Origin: Octopus vulgaris | Taxonomy: Eukaryota | Assembly: GCA_951406725.2 (NCBI GenBank) | Contig: OX597819.1 | Location: 96,472,001 to 96,536,000 of the forward strand | Direction of reading: 5' to 3' | DNA: 64,000 nucleotides | Part shown: positions 40,328-53,820 of the stretch, piece by piece | Position numbering within the stretch: the stretch's first letter is position 1 | Layout of the letters: each line of letters opens with the position of its first letter | The notes under the pieces: model-generated | Told to the model about the DNA's origin: nothing | Seen by the model: only the letters and a program-made list of their open reading frames with translations | Databases searched by the model: none | Made by a program: the position numbers and the translations under genes

Positions 40328-42076
40328 CTTGCATACATACATACATACATACACACACACGCGCATATATATATGTTAAGGCATTTCGCATTAGACACAC
40401 ACATGTATGTAATGCGAAATGCTTCAACAGTGGGGGATTTTCTCCCAATTACATGTATGAACATTTATTACTAGATCAAAATAATTGCACATCATTTAAT
40501 CATGTAAGTTATTACAAAGGAATCTGTGAATTTCATTTTCAAATTGAATTTGCAACTTTCTTTTCATAGTCTAAATATGTAACAATTTCTTTTAAGATAT
40601 GCATGCAAAGCTAGTCAATAAATTGGACGATTTATGAGGAACTATATTTATATTTAAGTCATAAACACGCATTCTCTTCTTCTTATGGGTTTCTAATCAA
40701 CTCAAGCCAAGATGAAATTTTGTCTTGTGTCAAAAGTTGTTTATTTTCAGAAATATTCCTAATTGATGCCTATTGGCTTGAGACAGGTGTCTTATTGTGA
40801 TAGTAGATATTCTGTAAACGAGTATTCGTAATTGGCAGGATGTTTACAGTAGCTTATCATACATTATTTCAATTTCCTATTAGAAAAGTGTGTATTTCTT
40901 GGTAATAATAAATAGTTCCGCTGGTTTTAAATTTCCATTAAATTTAGTCATACACAAGAGGACTTTTGAAAAAAGATCCAAATGTATATATACATATATG
41001 TTTGGGAGTGTAAATATATTTGTATATGTATGCACTCACACACACATACACACATGTACACACATATATATATATATATACACACATAAAATCTCGAACA
41101 TGCATATACACACTCACATACACATATACATATTTATGTCCACATATAAACATTTTATTTTTACATATATTTATGCATATATGTATGCATATATATTTAT
41201 ATGTATATAAATATATCTATATATATGTGCATTTATTTATACCAGTCTGTCTTGTATAATTAAATCTATATGTATATATATTTTGGGATCGCGTGGATGA
41301 GAAAGGCGCGATCCAGAGAGGAGTGGACAGCGTGCTGTGACCAGCGGTGTCAAACGTACGCCTGACGGACTGGTCGGTCAAGGTGATCAAGGTGATATCT
41401 ATGTATATATGTATGCATACATGTATGTATGTATATATACATGTGTATGTGCATATATGTATACACACACACATCGGGAATATTTGAAAGTTCCAAATAC
41501 CGACTCACTGCCTGAAATCGAACTCGGATCACTGTACCCGATACATGAACAATTAAACGTTACAAATGCGATTCATTCAACTATTGGTGACGTCAGAAGT
41601 ACTGACTACTCAGCTCTATGGTAGAGCAAGATGCCAGTAATAATTTCATGTTTTGGCGCGTCTGTCTATGAATGAAATCTCTACATATTGATGTCGTTTT
41701 CTGCTGCCCATTATTCTCCATACGAGAATAGTGCCGCATGCTTTAAGCTGGTCAGCTGTGAGTGTGACCGTATCAATGAAAACTAACGGAAGATAATGAC
41801 GATGTCACAGCTAAGACCACCTAGCTACTAGAATCATCCGCCGAAGAGGTTATTGTGCTTTTCTTGACATACAAAAACATCAAAAACTGTTGGATCGCTT
41901 TAAATTGATGTAAACAGTTTTCTGTCGTTGGCCCTGATGGCAATGCATTCCTTTGGCTTGACGATAAATTTAATACTACTATATTTGAGATATTAAACGG
42001 AATTCGAGTTCTTGTATTCATCAATATCAACCCAACTCAACTAAATCATTTCACTGTTGATAACCCAAAACCTTTC

Positions 42077-42140
<64 letters not shown>

Positions 42141-42494
42141 ATTGTAAGCACAGGTACAAAACAAGGTCGGAATATAGTACTAGAATACTAAAAGCAAAGT
42201 AAGATACTATTTTATTAAAATCGAACAAGATTTACAAATTGTTACTCAGTGTTTCACGTGATCGTTCGTCAGGCACTTGTGATAATGTAACATTATAACA
42301 AATGTAAAACGCTGAGTAACAGTTTATGAATTTTTCGGCTTCAATAAGATAATATATATCCATACATAAATATACATTATACACACACACAAACACACAC
42401 ACACATATATACATAATACTTACACACTCACGCACACACACACACGCATACACACACACATATGAATGTAAGAACTTACTGTAGACAAGGCTGC

Positions 42495-43560
42495 ATAGTA
42501 TTAATACATATTAAGTACAGGACATCACCCACGAGTGAAAAATACGTAACACACGAGAGATAAGTACAGGACAAAATGCTAAAAGAAGATAACTCCTCGT
42601 CAGTTGTCGACTGTTTTACTTCTCCCAATTTCGTGCTTTTAACGGCAAGATAGGAAAACTTCATAAGACAGCAGCATCCAGAAATTTTAAGGATATAAAA
42701 TTTGTGGAGGGTGAAGGCTTCGAACGAACAAACAACAACAGAGTTGACGTACAGAGTAAACAGTTGACGAAGACAAACATTAAAAGCCGTTAGTCCAAGA
42801 CGAATTGTAATGGGTAACGCCTGAGAGTTATCTTCTTTTGGTATTTTGTTCTGTACTTCTTTCTCGTGTGTTTACATATTTTTCACTCGTTGGTGATGTC
42901 CTGTACTTAATATGTATTTTTATTTATTTATAATCGAACACCACGCAGCCTTGTCCACAGTAAGTTCTTGCGTTTATATATATAATTCCCGCGACTCTGC
43001 ACTCTGTTTTCTTTCTTTCTCTCTATCTCTCTATAATCCTCTATATTTTCCGTTTTTCCTTCCTTTTTTGCTCTCCTCTTTTCCCCACACTCTACTATCT
43101 TTCGTTCCTTCTCCCATCTCTTCACTCCCTCTGTTTCTTTCCCTCATCCTCTCTCTTATCCCATTCCCTTCTGCCTGTTGTTCACACGCGTCTACAAGCC
43201 ATTCTTTCGCCCCTATCTTTTCTGGACAAGACGTCCATCGATCTTGACGCCATTTTTCACGCCTCCCGACATTTTCCCTCGTCTATTATTTTCTTCTATT
43301 CTAATTATTCTATTTCTCTCCCAGGTGTTACCCATTACAGTTCGTCTCGGCCTAATGGCCCTTAATGTTTGTCTTCGTCGATTGTTTACTCTATACGTCC
43401 ACTCTGTTGTTTGTTCGTTCGAAGCCCTAACACTCCACAAATTTTATATTTTTAACATTTCTGGATGCTGCTGTGATCTTCTTTCGGTATTTTGCTCTGT
43501 ACTTATCTCTGGTGTGTTTACGTAGTTTTCACTCGCTGATGTCCTGTACTTAATGTATAT
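42495..43560. mobile_element. Penelope-type terminal-repeat cluster with inverted and direct partial copies; decayed hammerhead at 42611-42671 (-)
   Basis: 42665-42822 is inverted at 43321-43480; the end motif ttcactcg..gatgtcctgtacttaat occurs at 42495-42540(-), 42881-42917(+) and 43525-43557(+). Confidence 0.65.
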
Positions 43561-43571
43561 ATATATATATT

Positions 43572-43641
<70 letters not shown>

Positions 43642-43750
43642 CCCAATTCAAATAAACAATCAATTAACGAAAAGCGAACGATAAAATTAACGGACAACAA
43701 GAGGACGTGCACAAGGAATGTATTAGCTTGGCTCTTGGTGAAAAGGAGAG

Positions 43751-43783
43751 TTTGACGTTCCGAGCATGGCTCTTTGTCAGAAA
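43751..43783 (-). ncRNA. Degenerate minimal hammerhead-like motif
   Basis: ttt-CTGACAA-a-GAGC cat GCTC-GGAAC-GTC-aaa; same architecture as 10168-10207 with two core mutations. Confidence 0.4.
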
Positions 43784-43934
43784 GGAGTAGAAAAGTTCAA
43801 AGAAAGAGAAGAAATCACCAACAGCACATGTGTATTTACTACATATACATTCAGATGTGCACATCTATACATACATACATACATACATACGTACATACAT
43901 ACATACATACATACATACATACATACATACATAC

Positions 43935-43966
<32 letters not shown>

Positions 43967-44714
43967 GTACATACACACACACACACACATATATATATAA
44001 ACCTACACATGTGTGACATTTCACATGCTCAGATATATATGTTCAAAAGTAGATGCTCACGTATATGTTCAAAAGTAGATGCTCACGTATATGTAACGTA
44101 CACAGGTATCTGTAAGCATACGTACATAATACATACATACATACATACATACATATACACATATATACACACATACATACATACACACATGTGTGTGTGT
44201 GTTTGTATAAAAACAAAAATGAGCTAACAGAAATAACTGAGAGTGGCCATTGTTCATGTATTTGAACAACGTAGATAAATACGAGTATATTAAATACCAT
44301 ACAACATAAATTCGCGATTTATTAAAATTATCTCCATCCCTGGAGGATGTGTCATATTTACCAAATGCCAATTAAGACCAGCTTCACTTGAGAAGCGAAG
44401 ATAATATTAAGAATCAAGATGTCGCCAAAGTTGACATTAAGAAAGAGGACAGGCTTAGTATTCAAGAGGAACGTTGTGGTTTCTGGCTCAATAGTCGTCA
44501 ACGTCAAAAGACCCTCAAACATGTGACATTTCATATGTGTGTATATGTACGTTTATATGCAACTCACACGACGATCACATTATGTGTGATAACGTATACA
44601 TACGTATTTATGCATGCATATATATACACTCACATACATGTAACATTACATACATGTATACATGCATACAAACATACATATACATATATATATGTGTGTG
44701 TGTGTGTGTGTGTT

Positions 44715-44745
<31 letters not shown>

Positions 44746-44881
44746 ATGTGAGTGTGCGTGTGTGCGTGTATCTGTGTCTGTGTATGTGTAAATATATATA
44801 TATATATATATATTCGTATGTTGCAATAATATATTAGATACACACAAATATGTATGTATCTCTCTCTTTCTCTCTCCCTCT

Positions 44882-44923
<42 letters not shown>

Positions 44924-46732
44924 GCATCTATATATGTGTTGACATATGTGTTTTATACATATTTGCATATATGCATTTGTATCTATGTGTGTGTGTGTGT
45001 TTGTTATGTATGTGTGTGTGTGTGTTTGTTATGTATGTGTGTGTGTGTTTGTTATGTATGTGTGTGTGTGTGTTATGTATGTGTGTGTGTGTGGGGGGAT
45101 TTATGTGTTTGTAGATAGTTATTTATGCAAATATCTAAATTAGAAAGATATAAATGTCTAGCGTTGACCTCAAAGTTCAGAAAATGGTATCATAAGAAAT
45201 TTTAGACAGTGCGGTGTAGAATTATTTCTGTGCTCTCGTGTTGCTAATTGCCGCATAGTTGACCTGGTAACTATGGTGAGAAATGTTTACTGTCATTCTG
45301 GAACAGTATTGTATTATTCAAGGCTTCTTTTTTTTTTGTCAGGGATCGTGAGAAAAATTGCTGTTGATAGCAAACATCAAACATTGCTCAACAGTTACAC
45401 CCAAAAGATATCAATTGCATTAATAAAATCTAAATTATTTTCTCACTAAGATTTATTACACTTCTAAAGAAACAATAACAATTATAATGTTATCATAAAA
45501 TTTTGTTTAAATTCATACTTTGGTCGTAGTACCTCGATGTTGTTTAATTTTACGCTTGTTTCGATCAAAATTGTTCCATCCATGACAAACATTATGTTCG
45601 ATGTTCGTCCATCGGAGCGATGAGGAGTATCAACTCATTTTGGGTTTGGGAGTTTGGGGTTTGTTGGTGATTAATGAAGCCAAACTGCATCAGGAATGTC
45701 CTGTGGCAGTGAGGACGAAGTGTGGTAGTAGTAATAGTTAGGGATTTGTTGGCGCGGTTTTCTTGACCTGTCTGCGCTGCTAACCTGCCACAATCCTGCT
45801 GGCTTCGCTAGTTTGCATGTACTTGCGGAGATCTCATCGCCACTACTCACTATTCTTGGCTTTCTTCTACCTGCTCTGTGATATGGCTGATGCTGAATGT
45901 CTTCAAAGAAGATTTTAAAATGTATTCAGAGCATTCTTACTTTATAGCTCTACATTGTCTGATATATCAGTGATCTTTTGAAAGTATAATGTGTGATTCG
46001 AAGGAGATTTGATTGCTATTTTGTAGCTGGTTGAGAGCCAACATAGAGAGTCCTTCATGACTCCTATGTTGTCAGAAGAATGTAATGGTATCATTCCACA
46101 GAAGCGCAGTTGTTGTTAGTGTATATTTGGCGACTCAGTAGATATAATTTCAATTCTTAAGATGGACAAATGGCAGACTGGGTATAGCATCGGACTGGAG
46201 AAATGGCGGCAGTTATTCCCATTCTCTGCACTTTGAGTTCAAATACTGTAGCAGTCATTTTAGCCATCATCTCCCCACTATCGAGGATCAACAGTTTAGA
46301 AATGCCAACGACGACCATGACATTTTCCAGTCTCCTTGAAATTGGTAGAAGGAAGATATGAAAATTTTCTAAGAACAGACATATGACACAAATGTATGCA
46401 ACATTACGTCAGTCACAAGTACCTAATGATCGTGTGCTGGTGTTAAACCAGCGACGTTTAAATCTACCCAACTCAAACACAAATACTCCAACTGCAGAGT
46501 ATTCCCCTAGTTTTATTCTACAAAATTTCACTCACAAGAATCGAGTCAACCTGAAGCCAGGAATAGAATATAGCCAAAGGTATGACGCTGTTGGATTGAC
46601 TGAAACAAGCCTAGAAGCGTAGAGGATAACTATTTTCAATGCAATAGCCACAACTAGAATGCCCGTGATTATAGGTCATTCAGGGCTGACATAGGACTAA
46701 ATGATGACAAAATCAATATGATAATATTAAGA

Positions 46733-46940
46733 AAGGCAGTGAGAAGGCATAATCGTTAACGGGTCGGGTAAAATGCTTAGCGACATTTCGTCCGTCTTTA
46801 CGTTCTGAGTTCAAATTTCACCGCAATCAATTTTTCCTTTCATCAGTTTGAAGTTGATAAAATAAGCATCAGTTGAGTACAGGGTCGATGTAATCGAATT
46901 ACCCCACCCCACAAAATTTGCTGACCCTTTGCCAAAAATT
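46733..46940 (+). mobile_element. Family A SINE (diverged)
   Basis: aaggcagtgag..aaatgcttagcg..cgttctgagttcaaatt..gggtcgatgtaatcga. Confidence 0.8.
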
Positions 46941-47419
46941 TCAGAGGATGGGGTAAGTCGGTTAACCCCCTCCCTCCAAAATGGTAGCCTTATGCCAAAC
47001 TTTGAAGTCAATAGAATAATACAAAAGGAGAATCAATGTTATTGATCTCATAACTTGATAGATATTACTGTTTCCCATCGTCTGTTATTTTCATGTTTAT
47101 TCACTTGCAAAGAATATTGAACAAAATATTTTTCACTTCTTTGAAAATAATGGAACTTCAAACTGTTCAAAGATATGTTGATAGAGATTAAATTTCAAGA
47201 TGATCGACTGTATATAGTAAACAACGTACATTTAAATGCGGACAACATTAACTTTACATCTGTTGACAATATATTTTAACGGTATACACATAAAAAAATT
47301 ATATGCACATACACATGCATACACTCATTATGTGTGTGTATGTAGGCGTATATGTATGTGTAAGCATGTATGCACACACACACATGTATATATATACATG
47401 CATACACACACACACACAT

Positions 47420-49735
47420 AAATTTGACCTTTCTTCTGATGAATACAGTCAAAGTCCGGCATACACTGTTCAAGTGAAGGTTGTTCTATTTTAACTGCCA
47501 ATTTCGTTGATTGCTCTGTCAATAAATAGTCAGAGGAGCTAACTTCTGCTTCTCCTAAATGGCTACAGACTAATGTTCTCTGTTTAGTCTCAGCAGGTTC
47601 AGTTTTATAAGAAGATTCTATGATTGGGACATGTTCAACAACTATATTTGTTGAAACAGTGTTTTTCAAGTGGTTTGAAATTAATTTAGTATCAGATCGT
47701 TGAGATTTTTTTGTTTCTGAAGAGCAAATATCTTTTACTAGTAGAGCTGGTTCATCAGCTCTTTTCACTTGGGATGTCTGTTTACTAATCAAAGAAAAAT
47801 ATCTATTGTAATCTTCAGCAGAAGAGTCTGTAGATTTTACAGAAATGCCTGATGTTAATAATTGATTTTCACGCCCTGGTTTATGACAACTATCTATCTT
47901 TGGAGACTAAGTGGTAGAATCTGCAACATGCAGTTTATCTGTGCAATAGGTTTCTGTAGAGTATTTTGTGATGTCAAAGACACTTTGGAATCACTAAAAC
48001 TACCTACTGTAATATCTGCAATAGCAATTGATGCAGCAGCTTGAAGCTTTTCTTTTTGAGAGGAACTGAAATATTTGTTACTATTATGAATGACGGGTTG
48101 AGACTGGGAAAGTATTTTACTTGTTGATGCATAATTACTCAAAACATTATAGCCTGAATTTATAAGTTTCACTTCATAGTGTAGAGTTAAAATGTTTGCA
48201 TTACTTTCAGCTGGTAGTGGTGGTAAATGACTAATGGGAACAGGTGGCAGTCCAACTGAATTTGGTAAGCAAGGACGTAGATTAATATTAGAGCTCAAGC
48301 TTACGGTCGAAGTAGAAACAGAAGACAAATTTAGTTGATTAACGCTTGAAGTAGGAGCAAAGATTTGTGTTGAAGTGATATTATGAGTGATTTGGGTGAA
48401 ATCTTTTAAAAGTGTAGGAATTCTGTGTTCACTGACAATATTTGAAATATTCGTATTAATTCTTGATGGGCCTGCTATATTTTGAGGGGCAGGTGTAATA
48501 GGAACTATGCTTGCATGTTCTTTCTGTTGCATGCTGGTATTCAGAACAGAAGCATAACTTGAATTACCTCAAATACAGTTGGAATAGTAGTTGTACTATA
48601 AATTTTCAGGCTTACATTAATGTCTTGGGCTGGTTCTAGAGGAGGATCCAACTAAGTCATTGCACTAATATTAGGCCTGATAGGAATTAACTGTGCAAAA
48701 TTGAATTCATAATCATTTGGTTCATCTCCGACTGGTGTTGAATCACGATAATTACAATTAGTTATAGTACTACATTCATCTAATTTATTACTATAGTTTT
48801 GTATTTGATGTTCTTGCCAAATTCTGGCAGCTGGTTTGTTGAAACTGTACTTGAACTAGATACAGCTACACTGGAAGAACTATACTGTAGCAAATTATAT
48901 TGCTTTATTTCATATGGGCAGGGGAACGATCACTATCACTGTCCTGGCTGTAATGAACACTTACAGCATTTATTCCACTACCTACGCTTACTCTTGATGA
49001 TTTAGTTCCAGTAAATGAGTGACGGATTGGAGAACTAGAATCTTTTAAACTACTATGTCGGAAACTTTTTCTTCCGAAGGATAAAAACTTCGCCTATTTC
49101 TTCTCTCACAACGATCTGAGTAAACATCATCAGATCGCTGATGTTTATCTTGCCTGTAAAAAGGTCTATCATCATAGCATTGTCCTCACAATGCGACCGA
49201 TTATAATATTCATCGTCATAATAATGGGAGGATATTCGATTGTCATGTGAGTCCCTTGTATATCGATCAGAAGTACGACTGTAACGATTATCATTATATC
49301 TTTCATTCCATCGACTTTTCCTTTCTCTAGTATTAAAGCGTCTCAGAATTTCTATAGTCATTGGAATTATCAGAGCGAATTTTTATATGGTCACTTGACT
49401 TCTCTGAAGGCTTACCAGATAAAGGTCTTTCATCTAAAGATCTCTCACATATTGATCCCTTGATCTACCACGAATGGATCGGTCTCGTGACCTATCACGT
49501 GACTTGACTTTATTTGGTCGATCTCTGTTTGATCTATCATGCCAGTCTCAAGATGATCTGTCATATGATCTTTCACAAGATCTATCTCTTGTTGATCGAT
49601 CTCGTGATCTTTCCCAGTCTTTAGATTTTTCCCTTCTCCCTCTTTCATAGGACTTCCCTCTTATAGAACAATCATGGGAATTATCTCTCCCAGAACGATC
49701 ATGAGTTTTTTGATTACATGACTTGTCAGAACTAT
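47420..49735 (-). pseudogene. Decayed large exon or pseudogene fragment of an RS/RD-rich, Ser/Pro/Thr-rich protein (identity unknown)
   Basis: Collinear minus-strand ORF pieces (49548-49735, 49053-49361, 47894-48532, 47420-47792) joined by stops and frameshifts: ERSRDRSTRDRSCERSYDRSS*DWHDRSNRDR..KSRDRSRDRS; DSDSDRSP; RDSTPVGDE; LPPVPISHLPPLP; QKEKLQAAASIA. Confidence 0.75.
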
Positions 49736-49779
49736 TATATTTATATGTAAATACAAAGTTATACGAATGTATATATATA

Positions 49780-49827
<48 letters not shown>

Positions 49828-50759
49828 TTACATACGTACATACACATATTCGTACGTAAATGTATAGTTATAAGAATGTATACATATGGCTATATGTATG
49901 TATGTGTGTGAGTGTGTGCGTGTGTATATGTATGTATTTATGTATATAGTTATATACATATATATATGTGTGTGTATGTATGTTTTTATTTTTTTTAGAT
50001 CTTAGTATTCATTTCTAGGATGTAGGAGCTGGTTTCTAACAAAAATGCTAAAGCCCTATCACTGAAATTTGGATGACTACCACGACAAATGTTACATGTC
50101 GAACCTTAGAAAAGTTTTACATATTTTAACTGCTCCGCTTAGAAATTGTTCATGTTAGCTGATCTTTTTCTTTGTTTTGTGTTTTTAATTGGTTATAAGT
50201 CAAGAATCAGGAAAAAGACTGCATTTCTTGTAAGTAGGACATAAACTTAGATATACATTCTACCATTGGTTTCATTTAAAAAGTCAGATTTACTGAACAG
50301 TTACGTGTTTCACTGGAAGTTATTTATCACAAACTTCAGGTCCCTCTGAAATATAACAAGTGGTTCAAGATGGTTACTCAATGCAATCTCCTAGGGGATT
50401 ACATTAAGAAAAATATGGGGGGAAATGTGACCAAGCACTTTTCATAAACACATAGAAATGCATGGTGCTGGGGCTGTAGCACTGAAAATCGAGTTATGGT
50501 CTCTTCTTTTTGATGATAATGTATGGTTAGAATATAGATCTAACAACAAAGGCAAGCCAAAAGTTGAGTTCATAACGTTAGCATGAGCGAGCATATTATC
50601 TATATACGTAATGAGACAAGCACATCTCTATAAAAGTTAGATCTTCACAATTATATAAGGTCAGTGATATTAGATGGGCAAAGTTATGCTATCCAAGGTC
50701 AAAAATCAGAATTCTAACGTGTCTAAAAAGATGGTTCATATGAGAAGGCTCATTCACCG

Positions 50760-51180
50760 AAATTCTGTTCTCTGAGATGGTTTGTGGTGCGGAAGATGAG
50801 CCTACAAGTTGGCCAGTATATGTTATTCTGCATGAGGACGGACATTTTTAGTCATTTAAACTTTGTAGAATTTGTGTTCTCTTTACTACACAATTTCCAC
50901 TCTTTCTTCCACATATTGATTTCTCTAGTACTCGCCATAAAAGTACTGACAGCAAAAAGAGTAGGTCTTCTTGCTGTCAGTGTCTTGTTCGGATTCCAGA
51001 AAGATAGCTTGTTTGTAAAATCTTTCGTTTAGTTAGCCGTTAGCCATACCTATATATTATTTTTCTCTCCACTGTTTGTTTCAGCATGCGACCTCTAATT
51101 CATACGCAACAGATATGATTTTACCTGCTTGGTCTAAAAAGCATTCCTCTTTCTACAAGAACATTCTGGTTTTCGTTTGA
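50760..51180 (-). mobile_element. Decayed Penelope-like GIY-YIG remnant
   Basis: YIGMA, ERFYKQ, LSVLLW, WKL fragments in the expected order. Confidence 0.45.
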
Positions 51181-51984
51181 CACGAGCAGGGATATAATTA
51201 TGAATTTCATATGGGGAGTGCAAGAATAGCTAATTTTCATGGGATGTGGATCGAAGACCTGATAAGGGCAGTTCTTCAAGAAGTGTTAAAACGAGAATAT
51301 CTCTTCCTTGAAGATACTATTTTCCCAAAGATCTATTATTGCAGGCAGTTTCCTTGTCAAAGAAAAAAGACAGAAAAGAAAAAGAAAAAGAAAAAGGAAC
51401 CCTTGGAAAAAGATAGACAGGAGACCGAATGGTTAACATCGAAGGTTTCTAAGAGTAATTGGCTGGAAAGTTTAATAATATATTTTAATTTTTCATTGGG
51501 TTTATGGAAGAGCTTGTTTTTAGGTCTAATAAGGCACCTAAGTTGTCTACCTTAATTGTGTTTTTCTGTTTGTGAGTGTATTTCTGCTTGTGTGTGTATT
51601 TCTGTGTGTGTGTGTGTATGAATGTATGTATGTAAGTGTGTGCGTGCTAGGGCGGAGAAGGAAAGGTAAGGGTGCGATAATAGACAAAAAAAAAAAAAAG
51701 GATCTAATACTGAAATGATAATTTTGAAATCTTGGTGTAAAAGTGTTGTTATTGGTATTTTCCTGTTTGTCTTGTCAGATGTGGTCGGGATTATGGCGTT
51801 GTTGGTGATTGTCATGTCGGTGGCGTTGATGTGGTAGTGATTGTGGCTTAACCGCATATGGTGCAACTACTTGCGACTCAGATGTCGTTAGTAGGGAAGT
51901 ACGAAGTGAAAGGAGGTGGTGAGGGTGATGGTGGTGGTATTCAATGACAGTGAAGATGTTGGTAGCAGTAACAGCTGTAGTAGC

Positions 51985-52195
<211 letters not shown>

Positions 52196-52617
52196 ACTGA
52201 AGTAATCTGACAATGACAACAACGTGAGATAAATGACTTCGGTTTGTAAATAATGGACTTCAGCTTAGATCGAAACCATGGGCAGCGTTTTATTAACACA
52301 CACATACACACACACACACACACATAGATTTCATGAATAATATATAAAAATAAAGAAAGTCAATAAATAAATAAATAAATAAGTAGATACAGCAAATAGA
52401 AAGTGGCGGGGAAAATTGACTCGATCGGGAATAATAGTCTTGGAGAAAAAAAAAGATACCATGGTTCCACACAGAAGATAATCATAAAATTATGTTTGTT
52501 GCGCGCACGCACGTATGTTTATACACACACTTGTTTATACACACAGTACAAGTGTGTGTATAAACACAAACACACATAAATGCTTTAATATATGTTTGTG
52601 TGTGTATGTATCTATGC

Positions 52618-52678
<61 letters not shown>

Positions 52679-52719
52679 TAAATATATATATATATATACA
52701 TACACACATATATGTATGT

Positions 52720-52796
<77 letters not shown>

Positions 52797-53019
52797 TCTG
52801 TCTTGCGTAATATCAAAAGAAAGCTACAAAGCTTAAAATAAAATAAAATATGATTATTGCGGAGATTATTGCTGCGTTTACGGCTTGTTTTGGTCGTTTT
52901 CTTCTTGTTGTTGTGGATGAGGTGGTCGTTGCTGTTATTATTTTTGTTTGCAGTGTATTACTAGGAGTAATGGCGGCGGCGGTAGTGGAGACGGTGATAA
53001 TAGCGGAGGCGGCGTTGGC

Positions 53020-53022
53020 TGA

Positions 53023-53084
<62 letters not shown>

Positions 53085-53103
53085 CTGCAGCAGCAGCAGC
53101 ATC

Positions 53104-53145
<42 letters not shown>

Positions 53146-53820
53146 CAGTTTTTGTTGATCCTGTATTTGTTGTTGACACTCAGTGAATTCTAAAATAAAC
53201 GTATCAGACGATAAAGGAGGAGGCGGATGTTAGTAAGAAAGAAAGTAAAATTATGGCCGCTAGCGTCGTCGTCATCATCATCATCACCATCATCACCACC
53301 ATCATCACCACCATCATCATCATCAGCAGCAGCAGCATCATCATCATTATCGTCACCCACATCATCGTTGTCGTCGTCGACGTCATCATTGTCGTCACCC
53401 ATATCGTCGTCTTCATCGTCGTTGGCATCATCATTATCGTCAACACCATCACCCCTCCGACACTGAAAATGCCCTCCTTTATACGAACAACACTATAATA
53501 GTAACAAGCTACAACAACAACAACAGCAACAACAAAAGCAATAACTATGACATCAACATCAGCAACAACATTAATAACATTCACAAGAACAGCAGCAACA
53601 ACAACAGCGGAGACATTAATCACAGACGCTACAACTAAATGTCAGAGAAAATATAATAGCAAAAGTGGAAAAAATGATAAACTGCTACAGCTGTAGATAA
53701 TACAACAACAACAACAATATCAACAACGACGATGACGATGACAACGACTACAACATGATGATGATGATGATGATTCTCAATGTTGCATTGCAATTTAATC
53801 ATCAACAACAACAACAAGAT
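53020..53820. repeat. (GTA)/(GCA)/(CAT)/(AAC) trinucleotide-rich low-complexity tract
   Basis: Visible directly. Confidence 0.9.

Noticed and set aside
44037-44091. 26 bp tandem duplication (similar small ones at ~33081-33133 and ~10300-10500)
   Set aside because: Ordinary slippage duplications with no further structure
47420-49735. Assigning a gene symbol (for example a SETD2/PHRF1/RPRD2-like gene) to the RS-rich pseudogene
   Set aside because: Only low-complexity similarity and no diagnostic folded domain, so any name would be a guess
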